A stretch of DNA of 64,000 bases, from NCBI GenBank assembly GCA_964016885.1, contig OZ024754.1, forward strand, positions 28,830,001 through 28,894,000, written 5' to 3'. Shown here one piece after another: positions 44,191 to 53,410 of the stretch (the stretch's first letter is position 1; each line of letters opens with the position of its first letter). The DNA comes from Eledone cirrhosa. Its lineage: Eukaryota. Both the position numbers and the translations under genes were made by a program. A model generated the notes under the pieces. The model saw nothing but the letters and a program-made list of their open reading frames with translations, had not been told where the DNA came from and searched no databases.

Positions 44191-44255
44191 TATTTCATTA
44201 TACATATTTCAAGGACAACAAGTTAAATTATGGTGTGCTTTCATCAGATAAAATA
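44191..44255 (-). ncRNA. Minimal hammerhead motif (antisense arm)
   Basis: Reverse complement of the 44390 motif with one additional stem II substitution. Confidence 0.72.
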
Positions 44256-44389
44256 TATGGATCAGTTTTATAAATAAATATTGACATACCCTTAAAGAAT
44301 GCGACCATTTCTGTTGGAAGCTCCCAGATAGAAATGGTCACATTCCTTAAGGGTATGTCAATATTTATTTATAAAACTGATCTATATTA

Positions 44390-44454
44390 TATTTTATCTG
44401 ATGAAAGCACACCATAATTTAACTTGGTGTCCTTGAAATATGTATAATGAAATA
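44390..44454 (+). ncRNA. Minimal type I hammerhead motif, predicted cleavage after 44446
   Basis: tattttat-CTGATGA-aagcacacca(loop)tggtgtcctt-GAAA-tatgtat-A-atgaaata. Stem I 8 bp, stem II 9 of 10 bp paired. Confidence 0.78.
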
Positions 44455-44816
44455 AATATGGTTTTATAAATATAGTTTCCATTTGTTAATATATCGTATT
44501 TTTACTCCAATAATTTGTTGAGTGCTTTATATCAGTTATAAAAATATTTGCTTGTTTGTATCCCAACAATTTAAATAGAACTTCTACATATATATATATA
44601 TATGTGTAAAAGTGATTTTTATTGTAGCACAATAAAACAATGCATAAGTAGCACTCTACAGTTTGTAGGACTGGAGTATAAATAATATAAGATCAAAAGA
44701 TGGTTAAAAGAGTTCCAAGTATTTTATTATGCGCATTTCAAAAACAAATATGTTGATATGTTGATTTCAAACTTCACTATTCACAAGTGTTTTTTAACCT
44801 TCATATCATGTATCCC

Positions 44817-44887
44817 TATTTTATCTGATGAAAACGCAGATATCATCTCATGATGATATTTGTTTTTGAAATGCGCATAATAAAATA
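44817..44887 (+). ncRNA. Minimal type I hammerhead motif, predicted cleavage after 44879
   Basis: tattttat-CTGATGA-aaacgcagatatcatc(tcat)gatgatatttgtttt-t-GAAA-tgcgcat-A-ataaaata. Palindromic ATGCGCAT. Inverted arms at 44682-44751 / 44856-44925. Confidence 0.8.
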
Positions 44888-44965
44888 TTTGGAACTCTTT
44901 TAACCATCTTTTGATCTTATATTATATATATATATATATATATGGTAAACTTTGTTCCTTCTCAC

Positions 44966-45083
44966 ATTTCCTGATGAAATGCAGTTATATTTATTATGCA
45001 TAGTTAATAATTGCTAATTAATTATTTCTGATTGTTTTCATATGCCCGTAGTCTTGTAACCACATTGAAATGGACATAGAAAT
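44966..45083 (+). ncRNA. Hammerhead-like motif with a greatly expanded stem II loop
   Basis: atttc-CTGATGA-aatg...(about 80 nt)...catt-GAAA-tggacat-A-gaaat. Confidence 0.55.
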
Positions 45084-45305
45084 TAAACCATGGATTTAAG
45101 TTGTTAACCTTGGTCTTTTGTCATTTTGAACATATATATATATAGAGAGAGGGAGAGTGAGAGAGAAATCATAAGGGTACTTAATGCAGGCAGAGATGCA
45201 GAGTGGGTATAGAGATAGGTATATCCAGACCACTTGATGCCACTGTGAGGACTATACCTATTTCTCTCTCTCTCTCTCTGCATATATATATATATATATA
45301 TATAT

Positions 45306-45485
45306 AACAAAGGAAATGTGGTAAGGAACCAGGTGGACCATAACACACCAAAGTACTCAATACTTAGGGTAGTAGAGTGGGTAATAGGAACAAGTAAGAC
45401 CCCAACGGCTGAGCTCAAGCCGTTTCGACGGCTAATTATGTCGAAACGGCTTGAGGTCAGCCGTCGGGGTCTTACTTGTTCCTAT
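45306..45485. repeat. Fold-back insert of a second family, arms 45384-45429 / 45440-45485 (relatives 48633-48700 and 63308-63525)
   Basis: Inverted arms. Shared gtagtagagtgggtaat and ccccaacggctgagc motifs. Flanked by (TA)n. Confidence 0.85.
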
Positions 45486-47034
45486 ATATATATACACATA
45501 ATAACAATAATAAGGAGCAAGAATGAAGTATCCATATAACAGCATTTGATAAATATACTTGTGTGCTGCTGTACTATGATTCCAAATGAAGGATTCAGAG
45601 TCTCATCATAGTCTCACCTGCAAAGGTGAATGGCTACACCTGCAAATGTTCATGGTCTCACCTGCAAAGGTTAATGGCAACCCTAGCCACTTTCAGATAA
45701 TAAAATATTACATTTCCACTCAATGGTCTCAACACCTATTAGTGAGACTTCATACAATATTGCTGGCCACTGAAATCTGGGGAACTCTGCAAGTTGCATA
45801 CACCTTGAACTCCTGGCATTTTCCCTGCTATAGCAGTGTGGCTCATAACAGACTCCATACTGATCATATTTATTATACCATTTTGAGGGAGTGTTTTATG
45901 TGTTGATGCCCTCCCTGGCACCAAACATTTACATGCCTAACTCTTGATTCAGAAGTTCAGGCAATAAAACACATCTGAATACTCATCATTGAATCTGACT
46001 GAGGATCCATCACCTATACTGTTTAAAGAAATCACAAGACTACTATAAATAAACTTGGACAAGAGATCAAATCTCTTGACCTTAAACTGTATATCAGGTT
46101 TTACTGATGCCTTTTACTATTGTGTATTTCTTGATTGTTTATCTTTCAGCCATTAGATAATATTACATTGTACAAACTGTTTATCTACCTGCCGCCATTA
46201 AACCATATTCCACACCGCACCTTCCACTTCAATGGCTGCTTTCAAGACCTCTGCTTGCTGTTTCTCTGCCCTATCTTAAAATCAATAACACACATCGGAA
46301 ATATCAGATTTGTTCTATAAATGAGCTCCTATTAAAGAACACTTGATGTGAAAAATCTCTGTGTTTCTGTTGTAATACATCTCCTTCTGTCCTCCCTACT
46401 CTTTATCTCTCTCTCTCTCTCTTTTGATAAATTCTGTTGATAATACAATGAATTCCCATTATCATCGCCATTGCTTTATCTATTTTCAAATGCTAGCAAC
46501 TTATCACTATGTTTTAGTAGCTACTTAACCCACCTGAGACCAGCCTGATTTTATTACAAATATATTTTTGTTTCGGAGTGTTCATATTTAATTTGAAACC
46601 TCTCATTGCAATTTTATATAAGAACCATTGTTAGCTTATAAACCAAACATCAGTTTAAATTATTTTACTAAACTCCTCAAAAGTCTCCATTATTTTATAC
46701 ATTAAATGAAACACATAGGTAGTGTATTTCATGAAAAATGTGGTCAAAACCATGCTTGATTTTATGATATAAAGCAGCATCAAATCACTGAGACTCCAGA
46801 GCAGATAATGAAGAAATATACTGTGCTGAAAAGGACCTATCCAACCTATGCAAACCTGGAAAAACAGATGTAAAAACGATGATGTTGTACGATGTATTTC
46901 ATAAGAAATATGGTAATATATGAGGGTTAAAGTTGACTAAATAAGCTAAATGTCATTGATATATTTTGTGAGCCTAACTTTCAAATACCTTTAATGAATC
47001 TCTATTCTACTTTGATGTTTTGTATATTTTCCAG

Positions 47035-47145
47035 GTGTGTCAACATACCCATGCTGGTATGAGAAGTTGGGGAGCTGAAGCTACAACATCTTTAGTAAAA
47101 GCTGCACTAAATCACACTTATGACCCATCTTTGCACAGTAATTTG
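47035..47145 (+). CDS. MON2: MON2 (Golgi/endosome trafficking regulator, Sec7-family related) internal exon, phase 0-0, 111 nt
   Basis: ttccag|GTGTGT...AATTTG|gtaagt. Encodes VCQHTHAGMRSWGAEATTSLVKAALNHTYDPSLHSNL, matching the recalled vertebrate MON2 segment [25 protein letters not shown]. Confidence 0.92.
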
Positions 47146-47208
47146 GTAAGTCATTCTACCTTCAATTATTCTTATAACTCTATTGTTGCACAGCTATTTG
47201 TCTTGGAT

Positions 47209-47273
<65 letters not shown>

Positions 47274-47398
47274 TGCAACCAGTGTTTTGAGAAAACAACA
47301 CCTAACTTCAGCACTGAGCATATAAAAAAAATCGAAATAACAGAAGTAAGCTTTTTTTCCATCGTTATCTTTTTTTGTTTTTTCTATTCAACTTCTAT

Positions 47399-47455
47399 CT
47401 GTCTGATGAGGTCATAACTGTTGCATAATGGTTATCACCGAAATATATATAACAG
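47399..47455 (+). ncRNA. Minimal type I hammerhead motif, predicted cleavage after 47451
   Basis: ctgt-CTGATGA-ggtcataac(loop)gttatcacc-GAAA-tatatat-A-acag. G10.1-C11.1 pair is intact. Confidence 0.8.
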
Positions 47456-47512
47456 CAAATATGAATAAACAAAGTTAATTTTAACCTGTTGACTTACACT
47501 TCTTGTTTATAT

Positions 47513-47576
<64 letters not shown>

Positions 47577-47615
47577 ATATTAAATAAATGGAAACTATAT
47601 TTATAAAACCATATT

Positions 47616-47676
47616 TATTCTATTATATATATTTCAAGGGTTCCAAAACTTTGGTACGCTTTCATCAGATAAAATA
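47616..47676 (-). ncRNA. Minimal hammerhead motif, same family as 44390
   Basis: - strand: tattttat-CTGATGA-aagcgtaccaaa..tttggaaccctt-GAAA-tatatat-A-atagaata. Confidence 0.75.
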
Positions 47677-48605
47677 CAAAGTTTGTTTTATAAATTTTGA
47701 CATAACCAAGAAAAGATACCTTAATGGTTCAAGTTTTTCTTGGATAGTGAAGAGAAAAGTCAGATATTTCAAATTATTAAGATGAGTATGCAAATGAGGT
47801 TGAGGTATAGGGCTGAAAAAACGTTATTTTAGACGCTATGCAGAATTTAAATAATTAGGATATATGTATGTATGAGTAGGAAGAAGAAAAAAAAAGAAAG
47901 AAGCGCTTGTATTTATGTTGATTTAAAAAAGGAATCAACAATTTGCGGGAATGGTGGAATATGATCCCAGAATTTAAATTTATTTAGCTATATTATGAGT
48001 TATAATATTGAATATATAATCAATTAGATTATATGAAGAATTATGGTTGTAAGTACATTTTATCTTATTACATTACAACAGGTTGTAAGTATATAAATAT
48101 CTATATAGATTAATAATTGTGCATGTATAAGTATTATAGAAATAGAAATAATTTACAATTATTAGTTGTTTACATTTCTAATATGAGTTATGAAGGGTGT
48201 TGATTTTGCATTTTACATAAAAAACAGGTGGTTCAAGTTGTAAGAGGAGAACAATTTGTAGATTCGAATATTTTGTTCCAGCATTGAAAATGTTTTCAGA
48301 ATATTGTTAATTTAGCGAAGTTAGATAGTTTATCATACATATTATATTATAATATATTGTTATGTTTGCACAATTGAAAAGGGAAAGATAACTCCAATCT
48401 TGTTTGTTAACCGTTAAATTTGATGAATGATTTACTCAAAAAATATATAGAGAAAATTATATATTATTTTGTGTGAGATTAATTTCAATTATATATTATT
48501 TTAGTCGAAAGATGTGTGAAAGTTTGAAGATCAAAAGGAGAGGAAAAAAGTAATATAAACATTTATATTTGTTGAATTACCAACAAATTGAATATCCCTT
48601 TTGCT

Positions 48606-48638
<33 letters not shown>

Positions 48639-48829
48639 CTAGTTCTATCTAGCTGTCGAAATGGCCGGAGCTCAGCTGTCAGGGTCCTGACTCTTTTCCT
48701 ATATATATATATATATACAATTCAAATTAAAATATATATGTACATAGCCATATATCATTAGAGAAACACATAGTATGTTGTACATGCTAACTAAAAGCAT
48801 TACATACTTCAGGGTGGAAAAGCTTCACA

Positions 48830-49080
48830 GTTTGCAGAATCAGAGTGAAAATACCTTTATATCTGTCATGTTCTGAGAAATAGTCAATCAATACTTCTGC
48901 TCCAAATTCTTAATTTGTTGAGCTGCTTGTGCAAGTCTTAGCTTGTCATCCTCTGTGAGATCTTCCTTGTGTAGGTGCCCACAAAAGAATTTCACTAACA
49001 ATTTTGTCTTTAGCTCTCCAGCAATACCCTGCGAATCTGACTTTACACATTTTGATGAGAAAGAAGATTAGAAGGAGGAT
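48830..49080 (-). mobile_element. Degenerate RTE-group LINE 3' fragment
   Basis: RFAGYCWRAKDKIVSEILLWAPTQGRSHRG resembles the RTE/RTEX C-terminus. Confidence 0.6.
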
Positions 49081-49236
49081 CCTACATAATTTTATTATAT
49101 TTTAAAATGTTTAAATTTTCTAAAAAACTTATCAAGAAATTTATGTGAAATATTCTTTAGTTTTGAAATTTTAAAATTTTCTAAAGAAATTGTCAAGAAA
49201 TTTATATGAAATATTTTTTTATAAATTCTTTATTAG

Positions 49237-49412
49237 AAGCTGCAGTCTGCAATTCTTGCACCACTCCAGAAATTGTCAGTGATTTCTCATTCTGATATTA
49301 GACAGAAACAGTTAGACTGTGTCTTCCAGATTCTACACAGTAATGGAGATACACTGCTTCATGGCTGGCCATTGGTGTTAGGGGTGATTGGAGCTCTTAA
49401 TAATGATCAAAG
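49237..49412 (+). CDS. MON2: MON2 internal exon, phase 0-2, 176 nt
   Basis: ttattag|AAGCTG...CAAAG|gtttgt. Encodes [58 protein letters not shown], cf. MON2 [36 protein letters not shown]. In frame with the previous exon. Confidence 0.95.
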
Positions 49413-49781
49413 GTTTGTTCGTTTCTTTGTAGTTCTGTATTTCAAACGTTTGTCATGAATTTGTTTTACATCACCTGTACTAAAGATGTGTTTTTGTTAA
49501 ATCAAAACAAAATATTGTTTCAAAATGTACCAAATTTATATAAAGAGCAAAAGTAGACTTTATATCAAATGCATAGTAATAAACCTGGTTTTAAAATGGT
49601 CAGTTAACCCTTCTAAGACCTTATTTCTAATGGAATACACTGTTTCGGTTAATTAATGAAGAATTTGGAAATATTTAATAAATAATGTTAATTATTTCAA
49701 GATTAATATGACATTTGTGACACAAAAAAAGGTTCTTATAACAAATCATTGGAAGATTTTAATTTAAATAGGAACATTTAA

Positions 49782-50094
49782 CCCATTGACTGCCCGATAT
49801 ATTTTATACAGCTACAGTTGCTGTGCTGTTTTGTTTTTTTTTGTCTGTAAAATGACTATTCTTTAAACAAACATTTAATAACAACACATATCTGAATGAT
49901 TGACAAATGTCACACCAATAAACTAGTAAACCCCATCTAGCTTTGAAGTTATGAACTGTAGGAAACGAGTTCATAACTTTGAAGTTATGAACTGTTGGAA
50001 ATGAGTTCAAACATGTTAGGACAAGTTATCTCGTCCGTGGCACTGGAATGCATACATGTTAGGATGAGTTATCTCGTCTATGGCACTGAAGAGG
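49782..50094. mobile_element. piggyBac-type MITE with internal tandem duplications
   Basis: ttaa-CCCATTGACTGCC...GGCACTGAAGAGG-ttaa. Confidence 0.6.
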
Positions 50095-51074
50095 TTAAAA
50101 TGTGCTGTTATATTTCACAGAAACCAGAATCAGATTTAGGGCCAGTTGGTATCAAAAGGGTTGGTCAAGGATCCATATACCAAAATTAAACAAATACCAA
50201 GTATATTGTTCCTCCTCCCTCCATTACTGTTAAGTTCAATTAAATAATTCTTAGGTGGGAATTGTTTCTCAGAAGAGTCATTGACATTTGGTGAAGAAGA
50301 TATGAATCAGTATTCTAAATAAATTTCTATTTACTGTTTGTAACTAAACTTATAATTTCCAATGTTATGAAAAATTGAAATTTATAATTTAATATCTGAA
50401 TTGTAATGTTTTCAGCTCCTAAAATGTTTTTTTTTTTTTATAACTAAAATGGAAATAAATTGTATTTGAATATTTTACATAACAAGAAGTCTTTAAATCT
50501 TATAGTTGCATATAAATAAAATATAAGAGAATTTATCTCTCTCTCTCTCCCTATATATATATATATATATATATTGAAAGCATGGAAACATAGGTGTTAA
50601 ACAGTGATGATGATATATATATAAGATGAGAGAGATTTCAGAAGGTGGAAAATATTTTATTCAAATGCCATTCTATATGTTCGTGTGTGTGTAAAATTCA
50701 GCTTATTTACTTTATTTATTAACAATTTGTGACTAATATATAACCAAAGTTATAACAAATGTTCTGGCCTTTGTAAACATATATATACTCATGATTTGAT
50801 TACATGATATGAATACTTATTGTTTACAGTATTTCACAATGTGTGAAGGCAATATATGTGTCCCATAAAATACTCTGTATTTTATTATTATTTTTTTTAT
50901 TATTTAATTAACTTAAATGTAATGTTGCTTTTATTTGTTTAGATATCCAAATTCATATCTTGTATTTCTTATATGTTGTGTCTATCTTGGTTGACTAGTT
51001 GCTGAGATTTGCAGAATCAGCCATGATGCATACAGCATATAATAAATAGTGCTCTGTTTCATGTATCAATTCCC

Positions 51075-51420
51075 ACACCTTCATTAAATGTTTGCTGTTA
51101 TTTTTATAACATTAAATCTATGTCCTAATATTAACTTCAATATCCAATAATTAGATATTTCAGAGAATTCTTTGTTTTCACTATGAGGTTCTTTGCATCT
51201 GTGCATAGGTTGCATATCTTTTGTCCCATTTGTATATGATCTGTTTTCCTCTAGAATCTTTGATTTGATATCCAAATCTGTGTCATGTTCTTTTAGGTGT
51301 CAGATGTAGTTTGATAAAGTAGTTGTGTTTCATCATTTTAACACGCCCAAGTGATGAAGTGTGGTTAAAGTAGTGTTTGAATTTATTCTCTGCCACTCCT
51401 ATGTAGTGATTATGCTCTAA
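51075..51420 (-). mobile_element. Penelope-like GIY-YIG endonuclease remnant
   Basis: Frameshifted YIGVAENKFK..YFNHTSSL...TTLSNYI*HLKEHDTDLDIKSKILEENRSYTNGTK. Confidence 0.7.
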
Positions 51421-53262
51421 CATTTGGTTTGGTTTGGTACCAGCTCTTCTTAAATTATCAGTAACATCATCAGCTCATCTTTAATTATCTAATTTCATTG
51501 ACGTATGGCTATTAATTATTAGTGGAGGTCAGTTGAGAGTTTAATTACCTGTAATAATCTGTTATCTCAACATTCAGAAGCAGTTGCTTGTTGCTAAAGT
51601 AATACACAAGATTTAATTTTTTATTTAATCATTTGTTATGGAATTTGTTGGCATTATTTTTGTATTTTTATTTTCTATACCTTTGCTGAAAAATTCTTAG
51701 TGAAGTATTTTAGATCAGCAAGTCTTGAAAATAACTGAATTAACTGAATATCTACTTGAATTCAGTTATTTTTGGGATCTTCATTATTCTCTAATGCATG
51801 CAAAAATTATCAATTTAATTTTTTCTGTCACATGGTGAATATTTTAAAAGATTGTGAAAGTACATTTACATTAAATACAATTAAAAGTATTGAACTCTCA
51901 ATATGTGCATTCATCTTTGGAGTTCTATTGTTTTTGAACCCTTTTACATGTGAAAAAGGTTTAAGGAAATCCATCTCAAAATCAGACCAATAATGGCATT
52001 AAACCAGTTATCAAAATCAATTTTGATTTTTGGAATGGAAATAACTGAGATATTGATTTTTACTTGTCATTATATTCGAAATGTGATTCTCTGTAACTTT
52101 TAAACCAGTTGACTCTAAGCTTTATAATGTTTTATTGGTAAAAGGCACACACATTGAATGAAAATATTTTATCAGTTATAAGAAGCAAATGAATAAAAAT
52201 TATTAATGGTTCGTGTTTCTGGTCATGATTTCACAGGGAATAGTGAAATGGTTCTATAATAAGGAAGAAACTCTCAAAGCAACTGTGATTATATCTGATA
52301 AGACCATTGAATACTGTCACTCATAGCCTAATTATTTCCACCTTCTTTGGTCTTAGATCATTTCTAGTTAATGATTTATTGTATGTGGTTTTTTTTATAT
52401 TGCAAATTGCTGTATTTTTCTCAATTATTTTTGCCGAACACCTGTGGCATTCAGTCCATCATAGAAATATGTTATGTAAGAACACAATTACAGTCCTTAA
52501 TAATTGTGTTTAATGTAACTTCACTTTCACAAATGTTTTATAAAATATGATAGAAAATATTGATCTGTCAGATTTTACATACATTAGTGAATAAAGAGGA
52601 TTCTTACAATAATAGAACCCTATCATTTTTGGTTCCCCTTATCTTGTAACAAAACACTGAAACCTGTTTACAGGTTGAATTAATAATGGCATCAAGTGGG
52701 AAGGAAACAACTCTGAGATATCGACAGGATGTTATATTTAATCTTAAATTCTTTGTAGCTTTTAAGGCAGTCGACTAAGTTTTATAATCTTTTATTATTG
52801 ATAATAAAAAGCACATAGATTGGATGGAAGTAGTTTATCAGTTATAAGTAAGCAAATAAATAAAAATTATTTTATGGCCAGTATTTTGGAAGATGATTTC
52901 ACATGTAATGGTGAAATAGTTCTCTAATAATAAAGGAGAAAATTTCAAAGCAACTGTTATCATATCTCTTTTCATCTATCTAGAATGTTATCAGATCTGA
53001 AAGTGTAAAAAAAAAATAATAATAATTTTTCCCCTCCATTTTCTTTTTACGCCACTCTATTTCTATGCAGACTCTATCTCACTTTCAATAAACTGATAGA
53101 AAAATATGTCATTAACTATGCATACAAAATATATTTATCTTCCGTCAATTTATTTCATTTGCACTCATCTATCATTTCACCCAACCTTGCATCCATTCAT
53201 TTACATCTCTCTGCACTTCCCTTAAACATAACATATATATGGTATACACATGTCTCTCTCTC

Positions 53263-53410
<148 letters not shown>

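Larger units (their letters stand above)
44147..44590. repeat. Fold-back insert in (TA)n: about 165-bp arms 44147-44312 / 44330-44498 plus tail
   Basis: Near-perfect reverse-complement identity seen directly. Confidence 0.93.

Noticed and set aside
45560-46280. Possible CRE-like LINE remnant on the - strand
   Set aside because: Only faint motifs (LVPGR.., IGVET) are visible, too degraded to support as a feature.
52221-52305. C/D box snoRNA candidate (ggtc-ATGATTT...CTGA-taagacc)
   Set aside because: Box C is non-canonical and the paralogous copy lacks box D.
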